A stretch of DNA of 64,000 nt, taken from NCBI GenBank assembly GCA_044226625.1, contig JBGAGQ010000008.1, forward strand, positions 32,001 to 96,000, given 5' to 3'. The position numbers and the translations under genes were made by a program. The notes under the pieces were generated by a model, which saw nothing but the letters and a program-made list of their open reading frames with translations, was not told the DNA's origin and searched no databases. Origin of the DNA: Thermoanaerobaculia bacterium (GTDB lineage Bacteria > Acidobacteriota > Thermoanaerobaculia > Multivoradales > UBA5704). Position 1 is the first letter of the stretch, and every line of letters starts with the position of its first letter. Positions 37,453 to 46,163 of this stretch are shown here, piece by piece.

Positions 37453-37694
37453 GTAGAGACGCCCCAGTACCGAACCACGATCCCCTCCGAAAGCCAGCCC
37501 GTCGGGGCGTCTCCGATCGCGGCGCTGACCTCGCCCGTCACCCAACCGCCGCCCGGCCGCCCCGGCGCCCGGTCTACATCCGTGCGCAGTGCGCTGCCGA
37601 TCCTTCGTGGTTCCGGAGGCCGTACAGCGCGTGGAGACGCCCCGACGGGCTGGCCATTCGACGCGATCGTGGTCATGGACTGGGGCGTCTCTAC
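37453..37694. repeat. Inverted REP doublet (REPIN-like): two 62-bp GTAG-type hairpin units
   Basis: 37453-37514 GTAGAGACGCCCCAG...CGGGGCGTCTCC is the near reverse complement of 37633-37694 GGAGACGCCCCG...CTGGGGCGTCTCTAC; 118-bp spacer. Confidence 0.8.
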
Positions 37695-37812
37695 CTCCCT
37701 CCCGAACCACCGTGGCGTCAACCCATCCGTGCGGGTCAATTCGGCGGGCGACGGGTTAGACTCGGGAACTGAAATCGATCGACCTATCGACCGTGGACCT
37801 CGGGGGCATGCG

Positions 37813-39351
37813 ATGAAGATTCCGGGCCTGATCCTGAAGCAGATGTATACCTTGGGCAGCCTTCAGAACGTCGACGACGGCGTTCGCTTCAGCCTGAAGA
37901 ACCGCCTGGCGGACGCGACGCTCACCCGGCTCCGGCAGATCAAGATCAACGGCCGGGCCGTGCCGATCGAGCGCCTGACTCTCCATCTGGCCGACGGGCC
38001 GGTCGATGCGACGGCGATCGGACCGGATCGGACGATCCCCTTTCCGCTCGCGCGGATCGTCCAGGTCGAGGCGCGCACCGAATCGCTCGCCAAAGGGCAG
38101 CACGAGATCGAGATCGAGTTCGACGCGACGCCGTTCGGCAACCTGTCGTTCAAGGTGAAGGACGCGATCGCCGAAGAAAAGCCGAAGCGGACCACCGTGC
38201 CGCTCGACAAGGAGAACAACTTCAGCCCGGCGATCGTCAAGGCGCGCCAGCAGTTCGTCGAGGAATACGCCGGGATCAAGCTCCAGCACATCGACAAGTT
38301 CTCGTTCGAACCCGGGGTCACTCAGGGCAACATCGAGAACTTCACCGGCGTCGCCCAGGTGCCGATCGGCTTCGCCGGCCCGCTCAAGGTGAACGGCGAG
38401 CACGCGCAGGGAGAGTTCCTCATCCCGCTCGCGACGGCCGAGGGAACGCTGGTCGCCTCCTACAACCGCGGCATCAAGGTCCTGAACCTCTCGGGCGGCG
38501 TCACCTCGACGGTGGTCGGCGACTGCATGCAGCGGGCGCCCGTCTTCGTCTTCGACTCGGCGCGCGAGGCGCGGAACTTCGTCGCCTGGGTGGAGCAGAA
38601 CCTCGACACCATCCGCGAGCACGCCGAGGGGACCTCGTCGGTCGCGAAGCTCCTCTACATCGATCCCTATCTCGCCAACAAGATGGCGTTCCTCCGCTTC
38701 AACTACTCGACGGGAGACGCCGCGGGCCAGAACATGGTCGGCCGCGCGACGTTCGCCGCCTGCTCCTGGGTGCTCGAAAACGCCTCGGGGATCCGCCACT
38801 TCTACCTCGAATCGAACTTCGCGACCGACAAGAAAGCGTCGCAGATCAACATCATGCGCACCCGCGGCAAGCGCGTGACGGCCGAGTGCACGATCCCGCG
38901 CGACGTCCTGATCCAGCACATGCGGGTGGAGCCCGAGACGCTCCACTATCACGCCGGCATCGCGAACGTCGGCGCGTTCCTTTCCGGCGCGAACAACAAC
39001 GGCTGCCACTCGCCCAACGGCATCACCGCGATGTTCATCGCGACGGGTCAGGACGTGGCGAACGTCTCCGAATCGTCGGCCGGCGTGGTCTACACCGAGG
39101 TGACCAAGGAGGGCGACCTCTACATCTCGATCACCATCCCGTCGCTGATCGTCGCGACGCACGGCGGCGGCACGGGCCTTCCGACCCAGAAAGAGTGCCT
39201 GCAAATCCTCGGCTGCTCCGGCAAGGGAAAGGTCCAGAAGCTCGCCGAGATCATCGCCGGCGTGGTGCTCGCGGGCGAGATCTCGCTCGCCTCGGCGATC
39301 TCTTCGCTCGACTGGGTCTCGTCGCACGAGCAGTACGGGAGGAACCGCTAA
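37813..39351 (+). CDS. HMG-CoA reductase (class I-like) with an extra N-terminal domain
   Basis: GNIENFTG, PLATAEGTLVAS, TGDAAGQNMV, NFATDKK, RGKRV, ATGQDVAN, GGGT, LAGEISL, C-terminal His. About 130 extra residues at the N-terminus. Confidence 0.9.
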   Translation: MKIPGLILKQMYTLGSLQNVDDGVRFSLKNRLADATLTRLRQIKINGRAVPIERLTLHLADGPVDATAIGPDRTIPFPLARIVQVEARTESLAKGQHEIEIEFDATPFGNLSFKVKDAIAEEKPKRTTVPLDKENNFSPAIVKARQQFVEEYAGIKLQHIDKFSFEPGVTQGNIENFTGVAQVPIGFAGPLKVNGEHAQGEFLIPLATAEGTLVASYNRGIKVLNLSGGVTSTVVGDCMQRAPVFVFDSAREARNFVAWVEQNLDTIREHAEGTSSVAKLLYIDPYLANKMAFLRFNYSTGDAAGQNMVGRATFAACSWVLENASGIRHFYLESNFATDKKASQINIMRTRGKRVTAECTIPRDVLIQHMRVEPETLHYHAGIANVGAFLSGANNNGCHSPNGITAMFIATGQDVANVSESSAGVVYTEVTKEGDLYISITIPSLIVATHGGGTGLPTQKECLQILGCSGKGKVQKLAEIIAGVVLAGEISLASAISSLDWVSSHEQYGRNR

Positions 39352-39378
39352 GGGGGATTCGTCGATCCGCACGGCGCC

Positions 39379-40290
39379 ATGCCCGAGCTTCCGGAGATCG
39401 AGAATTACCTTTCGGCGCTCCGCTCGCGCGTCGTCGGCCGGAAACTCGAGCGGATTCGCCTGGCGAGCCCGTTTCTGGTCCGCTCGGTCGACCCGTCGAT
39501 CTCCACGCTCGAAGGTAAGGAGGTCCTCGGCCTCCGACGGCTGGGCAAACGGATCGTCTTCGAATTCGGGGACGGCGAGCAGGACCTGTTCCTCGTCCTC
39601 CACCTGATGATCGCCGGGCGGCTGCACTGGAAACCGCTCGGCACGAAGGTTCCGGGGAAAATCGGGCTCGCGGCGTTCGATTTCGAAAACGGCACGCTCA
39701 CGTTGACCGAGGCCGGCTCCAGGAAGCGCGCGTCGCTCTACGTCGTGCGCGGCGAGGCGGGGCTCGCCGAGCACGACCGCGGCGGGCTCGAGGTGATGAC
39801 GGCCGACCTCCCCGCGTTCCGCTCGCGCCTGACGCTCGAAAACCACACGGTCAAACGCGCGCTCACCGATCCGCATCTGTTCTCCGGGATCGGCAACGCC
39901 TATTCGGACGAGATCCTCCACCGCGCCAAGATGTCGCCGTTCAAGCAGACGCGCATCCTCTCCGCCGAGGAGGTCGAGCGCCTCTACGACACGATCCGCG
40001 CGGTCTGCGCCGAGTGGATCGAGCGTCTGCGCGAGGAGACCGGCGAGGCCTTCCCCGAGGGGGTGACCGCCTTCCGGCCGGGCTTCGCCGTGCATGGCCG
40101 CTACGGTCTCCCGTGTCCGGTCTGCGGCACACCGGTGCAGCGGATCGTCTACGCGGACGCGGACATGAACTACTGCCCGACCTGCCAGACCGACGGGCGC
40201 CTGCTCGCCGACCGCGCCCTCTCCCAGCTGCTCCGCCAGGACTGGCCTAAGACGCTCGAAGAGCTGGAGGCGAGGAAGCGGGGAGCGTGA
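39379..40290 (+). CDS. Fpg/Nei family DNA glycosylase
   Basis: MPELPE, HLMIAG, GIGNAYSDEIL, zinc finger CPVC...CPTCQ. Confidence 0.93.
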   Translation: MPELPEIENYLSALRSRVVGRKLERIRLASPFLVRSVDPSISTLEGKEVLGLRRLGKRIVFEFGDGEQDLFLVLHLMIAGRLHWKPLGTKVPGKIGLAAFDFENGTLTLTEAGSRKRASLYVVRGEAGLAEHDRGGLEVMTADLPAFRSRLTLENHTVKRALTDPHLFSGIGNAYSDEILHRAKMSPFKQTRILSAEEVERLYDTIRAVCAEWIERLREETGEAFPEGVTAFRPGFAVHGRYGLPCPVCGTPVQRIVYADADMNYCPTCQTDGRLLADRALSQLLRQDWPKTLEELEARKRGA

Positions 40291-40479
40291 GGGCGACCAC
40301 GGCCACGCTCGAGTACGGTCGGCCCGGCTCGCTCCTCCCCGATGGACTGCCGTTCGAACCGCCGCACCTCGATCCTCCTTGACCGGCCCCGCGATTGCGG
40401 TGTCAACTCAAGTCATCACTCACAAAAGGGCGATGGCGCCCTACGGTTCGGGACCTCGAACGTCCCGGGAGGACTTTCC

Positions 40480-41088
40480 ATGTACAGCCGCTCTTTCCCT
40501 TCCGTCCCGAGGCGTTTCCCGAGGGCCGCCGCGATGGCGGCGATCGCCGGAACCTTCCTCTTCGCGGCCGCCGCGTCCGCGCAGACGACAGCGACCGTCT
40601 ATTCGGGGAAGTTCGCCTGCGGCACCGTCTCCGGGACGCTGCCCAACTCGACCGACGCCACGCCGCCGGCCGCCCAAGTCATCTATCGGGACGTCCAGCC
40701 GGGCAGCTATTCGACGGTGATGAACATCGTGCACACGCCCTATACCCCGCCCGATACCTCCCAGCTCGCGTCGATGAATCTCACGATCCTCGTCGAGGGC
40801 CTGGGCGCCACCACGTTCAACCTCGGCTTCGCTCCGTTCACCGAGAAGAAGATCGGCTGCCCGATCATCACCCAGCACCTCGCCCAGGCGTTCCCGGCGT
40901 TCGTCGCCGACGGCCGCTTCGTCGAGGGATACCTTCATCTCCGGGTGACCTCCGGCGGCCAGCCGGAGTTCCAGGACGTGTCGATCCTCTATTCGAGCGC
41001 GGTCCGCATGGGTACGACCGGCGTCGGCTCCTCGATGCAGGTGGAGCACCTGGTCGGCAAGACCGTGCCGAACTACGACGTCGAATGA
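40480..41088 (+). CDS. Hypothetical secreted protein
   Basis: GGAGG RBS; signal peptide ending ASA-Q; YSGKFACG, PGSYSTVMNI, IGC, FVEGY. Confidence 0.7.
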   Translation: MYSRSFPSVPRRFPRAAAMAAIAGTFLFAAAASAQTTATVYSGKFACGTVSGTLPNSTDATPPAAQVIYRDVQPGSYSTVMNIVHTPYTPPDTSQLASMNLTILVEGLGATTFNLGFAPFTEKKIGCPIITQHLAQAFPAFVADGRFVEGYLHLRVTSGGQPEFQDVSILYSSAVRMGTTGVGSSMQVEHLVGKTVPNYDVE

Positions 41089-41104
41089 GGTGACGCCCGC
41101 CTCG

Positions 41105-41290
41105 CTACGAGATCCCGAACCATCCGTTCCGGTGCTCCTCGGCGAGGCGGGCTTCGAGCCTGGCGATGGCGACCTCGAGGGGCACTGCCTCCACAACGCC
41201 CGCTTCAAGCTCTCGCTCTCGCCGGTCGGCCAATTCATCCCAAGCCGCTTCGGCGTCACTACAGACCTCGCTCATGAGATACCGAACCAA
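41105..41290 (-). pseudogene. Fragment resembling an addiction-module component, fused to a duplicated HD-gene tail
   Basis: EAAWDELADRRERELEAGVVEAVPLEVAIARL followed by EARLAEEHRNGWFGIS, which is identical to the HD protein C-terminus. Confidence 0.45.
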
Positions 41291-41325
41291 CCGTTCCGGT
41301 GCTCCTCGGCGAGGCGGGCTTCGAG
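41105..41325. repeat. 54-bp direct repeat (41105-41158 / 41272-41325)
   Basis: Both copies encode LEARLAEEHRNGWFGIS* on the minus strand. Confidence 0.9.
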
Positions 41326-41853
41326 GTACTCCCAGAGGGTCGGACAGCCGGCCTGGACTTCCGGGCCGACGCGGCGCACGACCGTTTCGTAGGCGATGCC
41401 GTTTTCCCGCCAGCTCTGGCCGTGGTTCGCGAGGTTGAGCAGGACCGGCATCGCCCGGTCGATCGCGTGGGCGAAACGGGATTCGGCGGTCTCGCCCGCC
41501 TCGAACTCGTGCCAGACCTCGAGGAGGCCGGCGCCTTCGCCGTCGGGCAACATGCCGAAGATGCGGGTGACCGTTTCGAGCTCCCCCGCTTTCCGCTCGG
41601 CGAGCCCTTCCTGGATGAAGAACATCGTGTCGCCGGTGCCGATCTCACCGACGTCGTGCACGAGCAGCATCCGGATTACCCGGTCGAGGTCCACCGGCTC
41701 GATCGCCCGCGGCGCGAGCGACGCCGCGAGCAACGCGAGCTGCCAGCTGTGCTCCGCCGAGTTTTCGTAGCGGTCGAGGCCGAGCGGCTTGACCTTCCGG
41801 GTCACGGTCTTGAGCTTGTCGAGCTCTAGGATGAAATCGACGATCGGCTGCAT
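41272..41853 (-). CDS. HD-domain (HD_3/YfbR-like) phosphohydrolase
   Basis: ELDKLK, ENSAEHSW, MLLVHDVGEI, EFEAGETAE, AIDR. Confidence 0.92.
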   Translation of the reverse strand: MQPIVDFILELDKLKTVTRKVKPLGLDRYENSAEHSWQLALLAASLAPRAIEPVDLDRVIRMLLVHDVGEIGTGDTMFFIQEGLAERKAGELETVTRIFGMLPDGEGAGLLEVWHEFEAGETAESRFAHAIDRAMPVLLNLANHGQSWRENGIAYETVVRRVGPEVQAGCPTLWEYLEARLAEEHRNGWFGIS

Positions 41854-42107
41854 GGGGGCTCCCAGGGGCTCGCTCCTCGCGGTGCCCGTCCGCGAGCGCG
41901 CGGGAATCGTACATCGGAGCCATCGGCGGCTACCGGCGCCGATCGCCGCTACCGATTGCGGCCGGACTCCCCCGCAAGCCGTCATCCGTCTCCCATCGCC
42001 GCCATCGGCCGCCGATCGCCGTCTCCCGCGTCGTAGAGCCGACATCCGTCCTCGAGAATCGTCATCGACGGCGCCACACGGCGAGCGACCACGGCAAGCC
42101 GTTCTAC

Positions 42108-42304
42108 GTCCCCGAATGGGATCGACGGTCCCAGGAAGGGAGTAGCCGTCCCAGAATGGGAAATCTCGGTCCCGGAATGGGAATTTGCGGTCCCAGATGG
42201 GGACGATCCGCCTCAGGCAGGGAACTGCGGTCCCGGGAAAGGACTATCCGTCCCAGAATGGGAATTTCATGTCCCGGAATGGGAACATACGCCTCGGAAT
42301 GGGA
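42108..42304. repeat. Array of ten 14-bp repeats (consensus GTCCCRGAATGGGA) with 6-7 nt variable spacers
   Basis: Unit starts at 42108, 42128, 42148, 42169, 42190, 42210, 42230, 42250, 42271, 42291; each core is TCCC-N5-GGGA or a close variant. Confidence 0.9.
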
Positions 42305-42438
42305 GTACTGCCTTCTCCCGCCACGTTTTAGCGCGCGCCGAGCGCCAGCGCCCGCGAATCACGCGGCGCGACGCCGGAAAGCGCTCGTAGAGGAAAGCAA
42401 TGGGCAGGCGGGCTCGGCGAACGCCGATTCGTCGCCGC

Positions 42439-43158
42439 TTACGGCACTCGGTAGAGCCACTCCAACTCCTGGCGGAGAGAAGCCGCCATCTGCGGGTGCG
42501 CCTTGATCTCGGCCCGATTCCCCTCGATCTGCGCCTTGGCGTCGGATTCGTCGATCGTGAGGTCGCGGATCAGGCGATAGAGGGACAGGCAGAGCTGATC
42601 GGCCGCCGGCTCCCCGGTGACCATCAGCCGCAGCCGCTCCGAGCTCTTCTGTTCGCTCTCGGAGTCCTGGCTCACGAGCAGCCGCGCGGCCTGCAGGAAC
42701 GCGAGCGGTTCGTCGGGCGAGCGGTCGTAGCAGGCGGCGAACCCGTCGCGGATCTTCTTGTTGATCTGCTTCGAGTGATGGCGCAGCAGGAATTGCGAGA
42801 TCGAGTTGTAGATCCCGTCGAAACCGACCCCGAGCGTGGCGCCCTTGACCGTCAGGTCGAGGATGCTCGACCGGGCGACGAGCAGGTAGCCGAGACCCGC
42901 CGCGACGGCGCGGACCATCGGCGCTTGATCGAGCTTGGTGGCGAGGGTCGGTTCGAGGGCCACGGTTCCGAGGCCGGGCAAGGCGTAATAGACGACCAGG
43001 CAGAAGATCGAGTTCAACCCCGCGAAGGCGAGGTAGGGGCCGGAGAAGAAGATCTCCCGGAAGTTGCGCTCTTGGTATTTGGTGAGAAGCTCGACCGAGC
43101 TCAGGGTGACAGCGATAGCCACCGCGACGACGGGAGCCGTCCACTCGACCGGGTTCAT
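42439..43158 (-). CDS. Hypothetical membrane protein (about 3 TM plus soluble C-terminal domain)
   Basis: 239-aa ORF with protein-like composition and three hydrophobic N-terminal segments; no family recognised. Confidence 0.75.
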   Translation of the reverse strand: MNPVEWTAPVVAVAIAVTLSSVELLTKYQERNFREIFFSGPYLAFAGLNSIFCLVVYYALPGLGTVALEPTLATKLDQAPMVRAVAAGLGYLLVARSSILDLTVKGATLGVGFDGIYNSISQFLLRHHSKQINKKIRDGFAACYDRSPDEPLAFLQAARLLVSQDSESEQKSSERLRLMVTGEPAADQLCLSLYRLIRDLTIDESDAKAQIEGNRAEIKAHPQMAASLRQELEWLYRVP

Positions 43159-43179
43159 GTTCTTGAGGAGCGTGAGGGG

Positions 43180-43389
43180 CTATTGGAGGTGGATCAACGG
43201 CATCGAGAAAGGACCGGAGTTGTCGATCCGCACTTTGCCGCTGTCTCGCAGACCGTTCACCGCGATCTCCACCACGTCGAACGGCAACTCCGCCTCCGAG
43301 ACGAGCTCGGCGGGCGTCAGCTGGCCGCCGTTGTCGTGGAGCGCGTTGAGGACTTTTTCCTGGACGTTCAAGGCCTGGAAATAGGTCAT
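43180..43389 (-). CDS. Small winged-helix-like protein (69 aa)
   Basis: GGAGG RBS; MTYFQALNVQEKVLNALHDNGGQLTPAELVSEAELPFDVVEIAVNGLRDSGKVRI fits a wHTH pattern. Confidence 0.65.
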   Translation of the reverse strand: MTYFQALNVQEKVLNALHDNGGQLTPAELVSEAELPFDVVEIAVNGLRDSGKVRIDNSGPFSMPLIHLQ

Positions 43390-43449
43390 GGAGTTCCTCC
43401 GTACGACCGAAACGCAGTTTACCACGCGCCGAATCGCGAGCGGGAGCAC

Positions 43450-44511
43450 CTAGCAGATGCGCGGCAGCTGCTCCCCGAGCATCATCGGGATCACGCGGGT
43501 GCCGCCGATGCCGGTCTTCGCGACCAGGAGACCGGGGTGGCTGTCGGTGACGCGGCCGATGATCGCCGCCCGCTGTCCGAGGGGATGGGCGCGCAGCGCC
43601 GCGAGCGCGGCGTCGGCGTCTTTCGGATCGACGATCGCGAGGAGCTTGCCCTCGTTCGCGACGTAGAGGGGATCGAGGCCGAGCAGCTCGCAGGCGGACT
43701 GGACGTCCGGGCGAACCGGCAGCGCGCTCTCATCGAGGGCGATGCCGACGCGCGAACGTCCGGCGAACTCGTTGAGCGAGGAGGCTGCACCGCCGCGCGT
43801 GGGATCGCGTAGGGCGCGTACGCCGGGCGCCGCGGCGAGCAGATCGGCGACCAGGCCGGCGAGGGCCGCCGAATCGCTCTCGATCTCGGTCTCGAAGCGC
43901 AGTCCTTCGCGGACGCTCATCACCGCCATACCGTGGTCGCCCAGGGTCCCGGAGACGAGGACCACGTCGCCCGGCCGCGCGCGGTCGGGACCGATCGACA
44001 CGCCGTCGGGGACGACCCCCACCCCCGCGGTCGAGATGTAACAGCCGTGGCCGTGGCCTCGCTCCACGACTTTCGTGTCGCCGGTCGCGATGCGCACGCC
44101 GGCCGCCCGCGCGGCGGCGGCCATCCGCTCGACGATCCGGCCGAGGACCGCCATCTCGAGCCCTTCTTCGAGAATGAAGGCGGCCGAGAGATAGAGCGGG
44201 CGCGCCCCGGCCATCGCGAGGTCGTTCACCGTGCCGTGCACCGCGAGATCGCCGATGCAGCCACCGGGGAAAAACAGGGGATGAACTACGAAGGAGTCGG
44301 TCGAAAACGCGAGGCGTCCGGTCTGCGGAGGCAGGAGCGCGGCGTCGCCCAGCTCCTCGAGCTCGGCGTTTCGGAACGCGGGCACGAACAGATGCTCGAC
44401 CAGCTCGGCCGAGAGCTGGCCTCCGCCGCCGTGGCCGAGCACCACGCTGGGATAGTCGCGCAGCGGGAGCGGGCAGCTCCACGCGGAGAAATCCGGCGCG
44501 TTTACGCTCAC
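43450..44511 (-). CDS. hypE: Hydrogenase maturation carbamoyl dehydratase
   Basis: HGGGG, TDSFVV, NDLAM, RDPTRGG, ANEGK, C-terminal LPRIC. Confidence 0.98.
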   Translation of the reverse strand: MSVNAPDFSAWSCPLPLRDYPSVVLGHGGGGQLSAELVEHLFVPAFRNAELEELGDAALLPPQTGRLAFSTDSFVVHPLFFPGGCIGDLAVHGTVNDLAMAGARPLYLSAAFILEEGLEMAVLGRIVERMAAAARAAGVRIATGDTKVVERGHGHGCYISTAGVGVVPDGVSIGPDRARPGDVVLVSGTLGDHGMAVMSVREGLRFETEIESDSAALAGLVADLLAAAPGVRALRDPTRGGAASSLNEFAGRSRVGIALDESALPVRPDVQSACELLGLDPLYVANEGKLLAIVDPKDADAALAALRAHPLGQRAAIIGRVTDSHPGLLVAKTGIGGTRVIPMMLGEQLPRIC

Positions 44512-44515
44512 GACC

Positions 44516-45640
44516 TCACGCCTCTGGAGCGGCGGCGCTCCCCGCGCTCGCGGCGGTGAAGCGGCCGTAGTTGTAGTAGGCGGCGCACGCCCCCTCGGAG
44601 GAGACCATCGTCGCGCCGAGCGGCGTGCGCGGCGTGCACTCCTTCCCGAACGCCGGGCACTGGCTCGGCTTCAAGGTTCCCTGGAGCACCTCGCCCGCGC
44701 GGCAGAGCTCCGACTCGCGGGTCCGGATGCCGGAGACGTCGAACCGGCTCTCGGCGTCGAAGTCGCGGTAGGCCTCGGCCAGGCGCCAGCCAGATTGGGG
44801 AATCGTGCCGATGCCGCGCCAACCGCGATCGGTCACCTCGAACACCTGATGGAGCAGGTTCTGGGCCGCCGAGTTGCCGGCCTCGGTCACCACGCGCGGA
44901 TAGGCGTTCTCCACCCGCGCCTCCCCCGCTTCGAGCTGGGCGACCGCGCAACGGATGCCGTAGAGCAGGTCGAGCGGCTCGAAGCCGGTGATCACGATCG
45001 GTACGCGGCACCTCGCCGCGAGGGGCGGATACTGCCAGGTGCCCATCACGCTACAGACGTGGCCGGCGGCGAGGAACGCCTGCACCCGGTTGCCCGGCGA
45101 GGCCATGATCGCCTCGATCGCCGGGGGGACGAGCACGTGCGAGACGAGCATCGAGAAGTTGCGGATCCCCTGCTCTTTGGCGAGGTGGACCGCCATCGCG
45201 TTGGCGGGCGCCGTGGTCTCGAAACCGATGCCGAAGAAGACGACCTGGCGGTCGGGCAGCTCGCGGGCGAGCTTCAAGGCGTCGAGCGGCGAGTAGACGA
45301 TGCGCACGTCGCCCCCTTCGCTCTTCACCCGGAACAGGTCCTTCTCGCTCCCGGGCACGCGCAGCATGTCGCCGAAGCTGCAGAACGTGACCTCGGGCCG
45401 CGCGGCGATCGCGAGCGCGCGGTCGATCACCTCGAGCGGCGTCACGCAAACCGGGCAGCCGGGACCGTGGATCAGCTCGACCCCCTGCGGCAGCAGCTGA
45501 TCGATGCCGTTCCTCAGGATCGAGTGGGTCTGGCCCCCGCAGACCTCCATGATCGCCCACGGCCGGGTCACCAGCGCTCGGATCTCGCCGGCCAGCCGCC
45601 GGGCCGTCTCGCCGTCACGGAACTCGGTGAGGTACTTCAT
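44516..45640 (-). CDS. hypD: Hydrogenase maturation Fe-S protein
   Basis: [32 protein letters not shown]; AGGAGG RBS. Confidence 0.98.
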   Translation of the reverse strand: MKYLTEFRDGETARRLAGEIRALVTRPWAIMEVCGGQTHSILRNGIDQLLPQGVELIHGPGCPVCVTPLEVIDRALAIAARPEVTFCSFGDMLRVPGSEKDLFRVKSEGGDVRIVYSPLDALKLARELPDRQVVFFGIGFETTAPANAMAVHLAKEQGIRNFSMLVSHVLVPPAIEAIMASPGNRVQAFLAAGHVCSVMGTWQYPPLAARCRVPIVITGFEPLDLLYGIRCAVAQLEAGEARVENAYPRVVTEAGNSAAQNLLHQVFEVTDRGWRGIGTIPQSGWRLAEAYRDFDAESRFDVSGIRTRESELCRAGEVLQGTLKPSQCPAFGKECTPRTPLGATMVSSEGACAAYYNYGRFTAASAGSAAAPEA

Positions 45641-45659
45641 GACGCCGCCTCCTGGACGC

Positions 45660-45834
45660 GGGAAGGGGCCCGGGGAAATCTCTTCTGCGGGCGCCCCCTC
45701 GTAACTCGCTTCGCTCAAACAGACTCGGGGGCGTCCTCGAAGAGATTTCCCCCGGGTCCCTTCCCTAGAACCCTCCCTCGGTGCTCACCCACGCTCAGAC
45801 AGACTCGGGGGCGTCCTCGGAGAGATTCCCCCGG
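45660..45834. repeat. Intergenic long hairpin plus partial direct duplicate (REP/MITE-like) between hypC and hypD
   Basis: GGGAAGGGGCCCGGGGAAATCTCTTC (45660) pairs with GAAGAGATTTCCCCCGGGTCCCTTCCC (to 45765); 45712-45755 is repeated imperfectly at 45792-45834. Confidence 0.8.
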
Positions 45835-45898
45835 CCTGGCACCGACCTGCCAATTTCGTTGCCCATCGAAGGGCAAGATTGAATCAAGCCGAGCTGGG

Positions 45899-46159
45899 TT
45901 AGTTGGCCGCCTCCGCCCCACCCAGCTCCTCTTCGAGCAGACCCAGCTCGCGAAACTGGCGCAGGGTCTCCATCGCGGAGGCCTCGTCGATCCGGCTGAT
46001 CGCGAAGCCGACGTGGACGATCGCATAATCGCCCACCACCGCGTCCGGCAGGTAGGCGAGGCAGACCTCTTTCGTGATGCCGCCGAAGTCGAGGCGCGCC
46101 ATGCGCGTCCCGCCCCCTTCGTAGATCTCGGTGATGCGGCCCGGTACCGCGAGGCACAT
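45899..46159 (-). CDS. hypC: Hydrogenase chaperone
   Basis: MCLAVPG...GDYAIVHVGFAI. Confidence 0.97.
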   Translation of the reverse strand: MCLAVPGRITEIYEGGGTRMARLDFGGITKEVCLAYLPDAVVGDYAIVHVGFAISRIDEASAMETLRQFRELGLLEEELGGAEAAN

Positions 46160-46163
46160 GGCG

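Noticed and set aside
37813-39351. HMG-CoA reductase as a self-resistance gene for the BGC
   Set aside because: About 13 kb away and separated by tRNA, purA and hem genes; the predicted product is not statin-like.
40428-40470. GGCGATGG resembling the start of a fluoride riboswitch
   Set aside because: The downstream conserved pairing elements were not found and the downstream gene is unrelated.
42108-42304. CRISPR array, or the 116-aa ORF 42156-42506, as explanation of the repeat array
   Set aside because: Repeats (14 bp) and spacers (6-7 bp) are far too short, there are no cas genes, and the mixed 20/21 period breaks any coding repeat.
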